Positions 52,011-64,000 of a DNA stretch of 64,000 nucleotides are shown here, in pieces (position 1 is the stretch's first letter; each line of letters begins with the position of its first letter). Below the pieces are notes generated by a model. It did no database searches. It saw only the letters and a program-made list of their open reading frames with translations, and was not told where the DNA came from. Source of the DNA: Azolla caroliniana (Eukaryota > Plantae > Polypodiophyta). The stretch covers positions 1-64,000 of the forward strand of contig JBHGNT010000086.1 of NCBI GenBank assembly GCA_043228905.1, in the 5' to 3' direction. The translations under genes were made by a program, and so were the position numbers.

Positions 52011-54981
52011 ATTAAAGGGACGGAGAAGGCTTGCACATTTCTCTATCTTTACTTAGTGATTGTCTAGATCAACAAGAGACCTCGATGAAACTAGGACCAA
52101 AACAGGTTGCTTATTGCTCAAATAAGCAAACTTGTTATTAACACTTAATTAATACATAATTAAAGTGAAGAGACATGTGTACAACATAACAATGTAAAAA
52201 TGCACTCATTCATGCCTAATATACATATTTATATAATGGTTCTTGCTACAAGGATGGTGTCTGATTGTTTGCACTTCAAAATGTATTGCTTGTCGCCTTG
52301 TGATTCAATGCGACCCATAATTGGATCCTTAACATTAAACTTAATATTGGTTCTTTGCCACTACTTTGATCAAAGGCGCATTTTCATTCCTTAGCTTGAG
52401 CTTTCACATCCATGGACACCTTGACCCATGGTAATATTTCCTCCTAAAAAGAAGAATTAGGGAATCAAATATTCATGTATCAAGAATCGAGTGTGTGAGG
52501 AACGGATATTAATGTAACTCAAATTAATGCCCTTGAGATTAGGTCGCGAGAGATCAATGCAACATGGAAGAGAATATAAACATATAAAATTCATGACCAT
52601 TGACTTATGAATGCATTTGCAGAGGGGGTCAAAGTCATTAATGCCATTGTGGATCCAGAAAATGGAGTAGAAAATTCAAAAACTCAAGTACATAAGCATG
52701 GGTATGGCGAGCCATAAGATATACGCAGAATCTTATGTGCACATAGTATAGACAAGGTTTTGAGAAAGTATTTATGAGAAAATGGAGATACCATGCCATC
52801 ATCTAAGGAACACATTAACAACATTGGCATGCTTGGCATACATGTCGATTTTCATAATTTACTACAAGGTTGACTTTATTGTTTATTATTTACTAATTAC
52901 CAAAAGCCATCACCAACACGAGGCATGCACTTATTCAATTCCTCAAGCAACACAACTCTCTAATAAAGGTTGAATTTACACGTGCTAACCCCATGAAAAG
53001 GGAGAGCTTTACCAAATATCATGGTATGGTTGTAGGGACCATTTGGATCCTAGGAGGATGTTAATACATCATAGTTCTAGAGAATGGTACTAAATATAGA
53101 TCACATTTTAAAATAGTCGCAATGTGGATAAAATCACGAAAACACAATCTAGTTTTGAAACATTTCCAAGGAACATGTTATAATGTGTGAAATTATAATC
53201 ATAAAAGCGTTGCCTTGAGGTCACACCGATGATCACTTATAGATTCATTATAAGGTTATTGAAATTATAAATTAAAAATTTGTAAACATAATCATAGAGT
53301 TAAATCTTTTGTTTCCCAAATTTGAGGTTGTGAGTTTTAGGCATGCCAATGGGTAGCGGTATTAATTGTTCATTACTATAAAAACTCTTCATAATTGCAA
53401 TTTAATCTTGACGTGAATTTGGTTATGAAAAATGGTTGTGGAACATTCAAAGGAACACATTTTCTACATATGAATTGTAGAATTGATAATATTGATAGAA
53501 AACACTTCAAATAATCTGTATCCCAAATTCTTAATTCATTTATTTAACACTAAATTAACCATAACGATTTATTGGCACTAATTGGTACTTAAGGGTAATT
53601 GTTATATTCTCTTCCCAAAATGATCTCGTCCTAAGATAGAATCTACATTCAATAAGTTCAAGTATGTCTTTCAAGGATTTCACTAAAAAGCTCTTTACAA
53701 TTTTGACATACACAACTACACGACCTCACACACACAACTACACAAACTTAATCACTTACTCTTGTCATGTGGAATCATTGTGTCAAGGGTTCAACCAATT
53801 GACTAAGGCTCATAACTTGTTATTGGCGTCTATCGTGTTGACAAAAGTTAATATGCATCCAACTATTGTTTTGGAAGTTAGAGACATTGGTGGCTAATAA
53901 TCACTTATAATGTAAATACATATACACTTAACTAAGTCAATGACAAAAAAAAGTAGATAATTCTCACTTACGTAGTAAATATATATGCACTTAACTAAGT
54001 AGTTGACGGACAAAGTGGATGAATATAAAGGTAAGACATTACAAGCTAATTTTAACCTATCTAGATGAACATCGATGTTTATTAAAAGAGATGGATTGAT
54101 CAACATTTAAATATGTATTGAAATATAACACATCCTCACTTTCGTAGGAATTGTAAAATGTGCATTGGTCTTGATCAATTGAGAATAAGTATTCTAACCT
54201 CTTGGCAATAGAACTTCATAGAATACAAAACAACCATGAAATGCTTTTGTACATGTAATAACGTTAAATTTCTTCATCAATATGACAAGTTTCCCTTCTA
54301 ACCATGCAATGAACACAAAAAAAGGGTAAATAAATGACGAAGGATAAGGCTCACGCAAGTACTTTCCTCTTGATCGAACATGTCATCGGTGAGGATTAAT
54401 AGAGAATTGTGTGTACACAACACCATACATGTCAGTGATTAGCTCAAAACGTGGGATTGGGTAGTTCACACACTTATAATAAATCATTGTCACTATGTTG
54501 GTGGGCGGATTCCTACCTAAGTGAATAGAGAGAATATGGAATCACACAAGGGTAGCTCGTCGTTGCATATATAGTGAAACCCGAGTTTTTGTCCAAACCA
54601 TAGGGGGTCCATAGATATCTAGAGCAAACACCAGTCAAGATAATTGAATGGTAGCAATGCAACTAGCGCTCGAGACCATTCCTTTGAAACCGACGGCATT
54701 TCACGTAGGAAACTTTTTTTTGTTTTGTTTCCGTGTGGTAAGAAGTGTTACAGATACAAGTGACACATAATAAGGAAAAGCAAGAGCCCCCTTGCTCTTT
54801 TCTCGTGTCTTACTGCTTGCTACCAATGTGAACCCAAGGAGAGGCAAAAAACAATATCTCGAGAAGTCCAATCATATCGCGACAATAATCCAATCTTTGT
54901 GAAGCTTGGGGTTTTCGAGAGCCAGGAGTTTGTGAGGGAGAGAGTGTGGTGGGCAGAGGATAGGAGGGTGTGGTGTTTGAG

Positions 54982-54982
<1 letters not shown>

Positions 54983-55044
<62 letters not shown>

Positions 55045-55073
55045 GTGGTAAGAAAGGGATAAGGAGCCACATG

Positions 55074-55113
<40 letters not shown>
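54983..55113 (+). repeat. Compound microsatellite (TG)n(AG)n and (CT)n upstream of GLDP
   Basis: Read directly. Confidence 0.9.
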
Positions 55114-55120
<7 letters not shown>

Positions 55121-55757
55121 CTGTGTGTTGTAGAGAAAAAAAGAAAAGGAAAAAGAAAAGAGGATAACAAAGCAGAGGAGGAAAATGCAAAATGAGGAGA
55201 ATTTTTTTCTAAATAAGAAGAAAAGGATTTTTAGGAAAAATAAAAATAAAATTTAAGAACAAAGGAAAGAAATTCTAAATAGATAACAAAGAAGAGGAGG
55301 AAAAATGGGGGAAAAACAAATGGAAATGAAAAAAAAAAACAGTTTTAACTAGGGAAAACAAAAATTTAAATGAATAATAAAAAATCAAGCTGACAAAAAT
55401 AAAATAAAATTGTGGTTTAAATGAGAACCATGAAGTATAACAAGCATATCAGCACCACCCACCTTCCCTTCACACATCCACCCACAAACAAAAAAGGCTT
55501 GGCTTAGCCTAGCCTACCCTAATCCTGCAGTGTAGGGGAGCAAGGGCACCACCATATCTCTCTCCTCCTCCCTCTGGGTTAGGGGTCTCCATGTACTCTG
55601 TTTTTGTTTAGGGTTTCCTTGTATTCTATTTTCCTTTTAGGACTCCCTTGTATCTTTGAGAATTTAGGGTTTTATTTCTCTCCATTTCCTCATTTGGCTC
55701 TTTTTTTTTTTTGTTTATACTCTGTTCAAATTACATTTTCTTTTTCAAAACCCTACA

Positions 55758-58700
55758 ATGTCTTCTGCCATCATGGCATCTAGAATGCGCCGCCTTTCTT
55801 CTCTACAACATCTCTTGAAGAGGTCGAGCCCTCGATCGTCTGCTTCTTCTTCTTCTTCGACAAATGCAATGGCTTCTTCTCATCATCGTCATCTTCATCA
55901 TCAATTTCCGGCACCATCAACTATGGCTCTGGCATCAAACCCTAGCCTTTTCTTCTCGGCTCGTCCCATATCAATTGAAGCACTTCAGCCGAGTGATACC
56001 TTTCCTCGCCGACACAACAGCACAGCTGAAGATGAAGGTAAGATGTCTCAATTCATCGGATTCGAATCCGTCGACTCCCTTATTGATGCCACCGTGCCAA
56101 AAAGCATCATTAGGCCGGATATGAAATTACCCAAATTTGATGGTGGCCTCACTGAATCACAAATGCTTGATCACATGAAAGACTTAGCTTCCAAGAACAA
56201 GGTTTTTAAATCATATATTGGGATGGGATATTATAACACTTATGTGCCTCCGGTGATTCTTAGGAATATTCTTGAGAATCCCGGATGGTATACCCAATAT
56301 ACTCCTTACCAAGCTGAGATTGCACAAGGTAGGCTTGAATCTTTGCTCAATTTCCAAACCATGATCACTGATCTTACTGGTATGCCTATGTCTAATGCCT
56401 CACTCCTCGATGAGGGTACTGCGGCTGCTGAAGCTATGGCCATGTGTACCAATGTTGCGCGGGGTAAAAAGAAAACATTCCTCATAGCTGATCATTGCCA
56501 CACTCAAACCATAGACATTTGTAAAACAAGATCTGCAGGATTTGATCTTGATGTGAAAGTAGTGAACTTGAGTAAGTTCGATTATAGTAAAAATGATGTG
56601 TGTGGGATTCTTGTGCAATATCCGGCTACCGATGGAGAGATCATTGATCTCTCAGATGTAGTGAAAACCGCACACACACATGGTGCAAAGGTGGTGGTGT
56701 CAACGGATCTCTTGGCATTGACTGTTTTGCAACCACCGGGTGAATTTGGTGCCGATATGGTTGTTGGGTCGGCCCAGAGGTTCGGTGTCCCTATGGGATA
56801 TGGTGGTCCTCATGCAGCTTTTCTTGCAACCTCTCAAGAGTACAAGAGGTCTATGCCTGGAAGAATCATCGGTGTGAGTGTCGATGCGAATGGAAAACCT
56901 GCTTTAAGAATGGCCATGCAAACTCGTGAACAACATATCCGAAGAGAGAAAGCCACCAGCAACATATGTACTGCGCAGGTAAGTCTTAGCTTTTTTCTCC
57001 GTCTGCAACTGTATGGTAGAAGCTCAACTTCTTTGATCATGTTTGAGTATTCCTTAAGGCTGTTTTTTTCTATGTTACTACATGGTTTGTTATATGTTAC
57101 CTTGTGCTTTTGTTATGCTACTATATGCTTTTGTTATGTTACTACATGTTTTCTTTTACGTTCTACTGCATGCTCTTTTCTGTTAATATATGTTTTTTAT
57201 ATTGTATTTACATTTTTGCTAGTATCTTCTGTTTTATAGCAGTACTTGTTTTTGTTTATGTCACTACACCTTTATGATACTATTTGTTGATTTTATGCTA
57301 GTATATGTTAGAGCATGTGCTGATAGTCGCTAGATTTATTATATATAAACAGGCTTTGCTTGCCAACATGGCTGCCATGTATGCTGTCTACCATGGGCCT
57401 GAGGGATTGAAACAGATTGCAGAGAGGGTACATGGATTAGCAAGCGCTTTTGCTTCTGGAGTCCAGAAATTCGATCATGTGAAAGTAGAGAAGAAAGCAT
57501 TCTTTGATACAGTGAAAGTAAGTGTATCAGATGCAAATGCTATCGCAGAAGCTGCTTTGAAACGTGGTGTTAATTTGCGAGTTTTGGATGGAAAAACGGT
57601 AAGTTGTTTTACTTGCCAAATTAAAGCGTACTATAAGAAAAAAAGATTATTACTCAGCTACGTTAAAGCATATAAGGAAATTCTTATTGTTTAGTTAAGA
57701 CCTAATCTAATACCCAACTGGTACTATGATATAGATCACTGTCGCATTTGATGAGACAGCAACACTTGCTGATGTAGATGAGCTCTTTGAGATCTTTGCC
57801 AATGGAAAGCCGGTCAGAATTTACCCCTTTTCATCTAACTATTTGAGAAAAAACTGGAATAAGATATTGATCTAAAATCCATTTTTCTCTTATGTTCTTA
57901 GGTCAATTTCACTGCTGCATCTCTTGCTCCTGAGGTAGCTACAGCCATTCCAGCATCTCTTCAACGTGAGAGTGCATACCTCACTCACCCAATTTTCAAT
58001 ATGTAAGTGTTGTAAATCTAGAAGCACCACTTGAAGAAAAGAACAAAGAATAATTATGAAGAGGATTTCCTTTTTATATTTATTGCTCATGTACATTGCA
58101 GGTACCATTCTGAGCATGAAATGTTGAGATACTTGCATCGGATCCAAGCAAAGGATTTGTCACTATGCCATAGCATGATTCCTTTAGGATCATGCACTAT
58201 GAAGCTCAATTCAACTGTCGAAATGATGCCTATCACATGGCCAGAATTTGCCAATATTCATCCGTTTGCACCATTGGATCAGGCTGCAGGCTTTCAGGTT
58301 AATTATTAAGAGCTCATATGAGGGAGAGTGATTACATCCTGTTCTATCTCTCTGTTATGTTTTCCCTCTCATGCATGATTTCCGTTTCTTATCAATTTAT
58401 TTTCCTTCTTTCAGGAAATGTTTCAAAATTTGGGAGAGCTCCTCGCTGAGATTACAGGTTTTGACTCAGTATCTTTGCAACCCAATGCCGGTGCTGCAGG
58501 AGAATATGCAGGACTCATGGTTATTAGGGCATACCACCATGTGAGTTTAATTATTATAATATTTGGTGCTGTTAGATATTCATACATAGAGAAAGTAGGA
58601 TAGACATTGAAATGTATACTGACTTTTGTTAAGAGATACATTCATAAAGTAGTATAGATGTGGAAATGCATAGTGATTGTTCTTAAGACATACACATACA

Positions 58701-61575
58701 TAGAAATAGTAGTATATACGTTGAAATGCATAGTGATTGTAATGAAGAGATACATACATAGAGAAAGTAGTATAGATGTTAACACAGCAGTTGTTGTTAG
58801 GAGATGCATATATAGAGAAAGGATAGAGGTTACATTTATTATTAAGAGATATATACTCAGAGAAATAATAACAACTGTGTGGGCATTGTTGAAATTTGTA
58901 TGCAGTCACGAGGTGACCATCATCGAAACGTGTGCATTATACCAGTTTCTGCTCATGGAACAAACCCAGCGAGCGCTGCAATGTGTGGAATGAAAATTGT
59001 GTCTGTGGGAACAGATGCAAAAGGAAATGTCGACATTGAGGAACTCAGAAGAGCTGCAGAGACCCATAAAGACAACCTTTCTGCTCTCATGGTAAGCAAC
59101 CCTGATGAGAACCGACCGGTGTACATATTTCCTCCTTTCAATAAGGCTCTCTATTAACTTCATATTTTGTATGTTAGGTCACTTATCCTTCAACTCACGG
59201 TGTGTATGAAGATGGAATTGATGAGATTTGTAACATCATCCACAAAAATGGAGGTCAAGTGTACATGGATGGTGCTAATATGAATGCTCAGGTGAAACAG
59301 GATATAACGTTGAACTAATTGGTCACATCCAAGTAGATTCATTATCATCCTTTCCACATCCTTGCCTCTTATTTTTATTGATTTCATTAGGTCGGTCTAA
59401 CAAGCCCGGGACATATTGGAGCAGATGTATGTCACTTGAATTTGCATAAAACATTCTGCATTCCACATGGAGGTGGAGGTCCAGGAATGGGACCTATTTG
59501 TGTGAAGAAGCACCTTGCGCCCTTTTTGCCTTCTCACCCTGTTGTAAGTTCAATTAATTTCTCTATTTCTTAGTTAGTATTATTGTTGATTTGTGATGAT
59601 TATCATCATAGTAAAAAACTCATCATCATGCTTCTATTTAGGTTTCCTTTTTATGATGATCATCATCAAAAGCTTGACTTCATGTTTTTTTCATTATGAT
59701 TCAATATATTCATTGCCTATTGATGATGATGATTGTTGCGGTTCTATTTGCTCATTGCTTGTTGATGGTGATGGTGATCATAAAAATGACCAATTTCATG
59801 TTTTTTGTCATGGGGTTATTTACTTGTTGCTTGTTGATGATGATCATGAACATCATAAAAAGCTTGATTTCATGTTTTATTGTCGTGGGTTTGATATAGG
59901 TTGCAACAGGAGGTATCCCTCCTCCTAAGGAAAAGCTTGAACCCTTAGGTGCCATCTCTGCAGCACCTTGGGGATCCGCCCTCATCCTACCCATTTCTTA
60001 TTCTTACATCGCCATGATGGGATCCAAAGGACTCCTGGATGCATCGAAATATGCTATCCTGAATGCCAACTACATGGCGAAGCGACTTGAGGTAAACCTT
60101 TCCATTTTTCTCATGTGAATGCAGTTCGATGTTTTTATAAAAATCTAATCTATATGCTTTCCTTTTTTGCTTTTTTTTTAATTGTGAAGGATTACTACCC
60201 TGTTCTATTTCGAGGAAAGAATGGCACATGCGCACATGAATTCATCATTGATTTGAGGCCATTTAAGGTAATACAAGGAACACAATCTCTTCATAAAGGA
60301 TTTTTGTAGGTAACTAGAGAGATGAAATTTATGTTTTCTGGAATTAACGCTCAAGGATCTCTCTACTACCACTTCTTGAATACAGGCAACTGCGGGATTA
60401 GAAGCAGAGGATATCGCCAAGCGTCTCATTGATTATGGATACCATGCACCCACAATGTCATGGCCAGTGCCTGGGACTCTCATGATTGAGCCGACTGAAA
60501 GTGAGAGCAAGGTATGGATCTATCATGCTGAATTGACATCATGTAACCAAAACCAAAACAAAAAAGATTATGTCAAGAGTACGTTTACCTTAAAAACAAA
60601 ACCAAAAACCCTAAGACCCTTGATTTAGAATCGATAAAAGTCAATCTTTACTGAACCCTAGATACTAAGCATGAACCAGCCATTACAAAAATCTGGTTTT
60701 TGATAGATTGTTATCTTTTATATAGGCTGAGCTTGATCGATTCTGCAATGCGATGATCTCAATCCGCCATGAAATCCAGGCCATTGAGAATGGTACCGTG
60801 AGCCAAGAAGATAATGTGTTGAAGGTGAGGTTTTTTTCAAGGCAATACAAAACAGAAAAGAAACTTTACAAAGAGAAGATAGAGGAATTATATGGGACAG
60901 GTTTAGGTGGATTGTTGAGGGCAAATAAAATATATTGGTTTTTAATACCCTTACTCTGATGATGATGAATCAGAGTGCACCACATGCTGCTTCGGTCGTT
61001 CTGGCAGACACGTGGACGAAGCCGTATTCAAGGGAGGTTGCAGCTTTCCCTGCATCATGGGTTCGAGCTTCCAAGTTCTGGCCAACAACTGGTGAGTTTT
61101 GTATATATTCTTTTTTTAAAGCATCAAAGTGCTAATTAGATTCAAACATACCTCATAAACAATGCCTAGTTACAACCAAATTAATAATTGCTTAAGAAAA
61201 AATAGATCTAGGGAAAACTTCGAAATACCCCCACTATCTCCTCAAACCCCATGGGTCATCCCGTTGAACCCAAAATGAATTGACCCCAGAAAATTTATCA
61301 AATACTGGTCCAAACCAGAAAAGTAATCCTTTGCTTTCTGAAAACCCATGAGGTATATGGTGGTAATTATCCTGAAAACCAGGGGTGCATCTGAATAATA
61401 ATACATCTTTTGACTCTTCAAAGAACAATTTCTGTCGTAGAGGAACTCATTTCTTATGTCGATATACGCGAATGTTGTTTCAGGACGAGTGGACAATGTG
61501 TATGGTGACCGTAACCTCATTTGCACACTTCCTGCGGCTGAGCCTACATTCGAAGAGCAGGCAGTTGCTGCTTGA
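55758..61575 (+). CDS. GLDP: Mitochondrial glycine dehydrogenase (glycine cleavage system P protein), about 1041 aa, 15 exons: 55758-56978, 57353-57598, 57735-57812, 57902-58002, 58102-58297, 58415-58540, 58906-59091, 59178-59291, 59391-59543, 59900-60091, 60190-60267, 60386-60511, 60726-60824, 60974-61091, 61484-61575
   Basis: Ser/Arg-rich transit-like N-terminus; [45 protein letters not shown]-lysine motif [28 protein letters not shown]. All introns GT-AG; exon sum 3126 nt is in frame. Confidence 0.97.
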
Positions 61576-62020
61576 GTTTTCGAGCAGTGATGTGTCATCC
61601 ACTCTACTTTTTACTCAAATCTAAAAAGTAGGGCCCATGAAGCAAAGAAGTATAAATGTCTGTTTATTCTAGCCACATTTCATAATATTTAAATGTTAGA
61701 AAATCATCCCTTGTACTCACAATGTCAATCAATGTATGCAAATCATCGCTTGCACGATCCAAGCTGTACAGACACTTGTTGTTTTTAATCATCTCTCATT
61801 TCAATTTGTAAATTGTTTTAACCACTCTTCAAATAAGTTCACAAAAAACATAAACCGTCTATGCTGTGTTTGTGCATCAATTGATAAGACAGAACTTGAA
61901 AAGTCACCTTCCACATCTTTTGCTAGAACCGTGTGCAACATTTGGAAAATTCCCTCTTCTTTATTGCTTGACCAAATTTCTGGCTCTAAATTAGTGTTCA
62001 TAGATTTCTGAAAAGCTTTT

Positions 62021-62230
62021 GAGAAGTTGCAAAAGAAAACCCTACCAGTTAGAATGTAGAGCTTTATAGCGTCTCAACATGAGACAGGTACCTCTCACCT
62101 CCCTTAAAATGAAAGGAAAGATGGAGAAGTTGCAAAAGCAAACCCTACTGGTTAGAATGTAGAGCTTTATAGCGTCTCAACATGACTCATGGTACCTCTC
62201 ACCTCCCTCAAATTGAACGGAAAGATGGAG
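62021..62230 (+). repeat. Tandem duplication, period about 124 bp
   Basis: gagaagttgcaaaag...gttagaatgtagagctttatagcgtctcaacatga...ggtacctctcacctcc occurs twice. Confidence 0.8.
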
Positions 62231-64000
62231 GACGCATTCTCTAGTATGAGCATGATAAAGTTATACAATTTGGATGGACATGCATTTTGGATTTTCATGG
62301 ATGGAAGAATTAAGAAGAGTTTAGATTTACCTTTTTTAATTGGTATGGATAGATGGATTAGTAGTGTTAATGCGGAAAAAGCTGTTGGATGTAACAAACT
62401 TAAGCTTCATGAAACTAAAATTTTATGCTTTGAAAACATCCATCATGGGGTGATCTAATATGGAAACTCCGGTGAGATGAGAATGTTCATGGTTCTTATT
62501 GCCATTAGCGACACCCACATCAAAGATAAATGGCTCAAGTCAGCATGATTACTGATCTATTGTTGTTCAAAGGAATCATGGCATGCGTCTCCATTTATGA
62601 ATATGGACTTATTGTTGGCCATCTTTGTGCTTATTTAGCTTCTAGATTAATTCAAGTTTTGTTCTATGCCCACTTTAATATTATCAGTTTAGTTGTCTCT
62701 CCTGATCTCGCCATACTCAAACGAACCATCAAAATCTGTACTCAAAATGCTGGGATCAATGCATCCACAACATTCATGCAAATGTACTTGAAATCAATCT
62801 TTAATATTTTTGTAAAAAGTAACCAACTAATTCCATATTTTATTAACACTACCAATGTGCAGTTTATAGTATTGAGGTCGAGTCTGGTTGCTCTACACCT
62901 CTCTGGAAACCAGAGAGGAAACCGTGTTAAGTGTCTGCAAGTGGTTGCTCATCTTCACCTGTGTATGGCTTTTCACCTGTGTATGGCTTTTCACCTGTGT
63001 AGGCTTTCCTTCTGTTTAGATATAGAAGACAACTGCACTCTATATACTTGTAAGGTGTGAGGTTCTTCATTTTCTTTCTTCCAGACTATCATAAGGTGGA
63101 CTTCTTTTGGCCAGGACTTTGTTCACAATGCCTTTCCATGCTACTGCAGGGTTCAAATTTTTCTTTGTGCTTCACTTCCACTATCACATTTCGTCATTTT
63201 CTGCCCCTCAGCGTGCTCATGCTTTCAATTTCTAGCCAATATCCATTTTGTTTATGTTTTTTGGGGACATTCCCATATCCATAGACCATGTTCGTAGTTC
63301 CTTCTCTTCATTGTCTTTCACAATGTACACATTTCCAGTCTTCTTGGCTTTCTTATTATCTATTTTAAAGCCTGATTCATCGAAGCTATTTCAACATATA
63401 CAATTGTATTTCTGCTTTTAAGGTTTCAACACATATAAGCATAACCATATCATTGGCCTTTTGTAGCTTCCAACATACACAACGGTATATCTGCTTTTAT
63501 GGTGTTGACACCTATAAGCATAACCACATCATTGGTCTTTGATCAATAACACAGCTCCATGCAAATCAACAATCTCACTGAAAATATGGTAATTGAGGCA
63601 AGCCAAAATAATATTTTTTCCTAGTCATAGTAACACCATTGTCATCTGACAATAAAAAACAGGGCTGGTTACACCGCATCTAGAATTCTGCATGATATTT
63701 CAACGAACATGAATGTAGAAATCACAATGAATAAAGAGAAACAGATGGCGTCATAAGTCAAATGTACACACTTGAAAGGCTGCCGAGGTAGTTTATACTC
63801 CTCATAATGCTTCTGGTGTGACACTCGTCAAAATAAAAAATGCGTAAAGAAAGTCAATATCTCATTGGAATTATGCAAGAGTTTTGAATGCACATCATGT
63901 CTTAATAATAGAACGAACATAAAAAGTATCAAATCATGTGAAGCCATAAATATTTTTTCCTAGTCATAGTAACACCATTGTCATCTGACAATGGTTACAC

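Overview
AT-rich, TE-dense nuclear DNA from a land plant, possibly a fern or other non-seed plant (inference). There are two host genes on +: a 4-exon coiled-coil protein gene (7331-9760) and a 15-exon glycine decarboxylase P-protein gene (55758-61575). Between them is a nest of LTR retrotransposons: a full-length Ty1/copia with a 5-bp TSD (19961-26409), two truncated copia copies, a decayed Ty3/gypsy, an L1 LINE relic, and several members of an unusual tRNA-Trp-primed Ty3/gypsy group whose LTRs start TGTCGTGAAG. That group is the most interesting part of the window. (1) Some of its LTRs carry tRNA-like A-box/B-box cassettes in U3, at a conserved position and facing away from the LTR TATA box. 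(2) Every visible insertion junction has a 4-bp target with a central CpG and lies inside another retroelement. (3) Protease is encoded in the Gag ORF, and RT appears to be reached by a -1 frameshift at GGATTTT followed by a possible pseudoknot. Separately, a one-LTR copia fragment is flanked by a 247-bp direct duplication. All coordinates and alignments were read by eye and no database searches were run.
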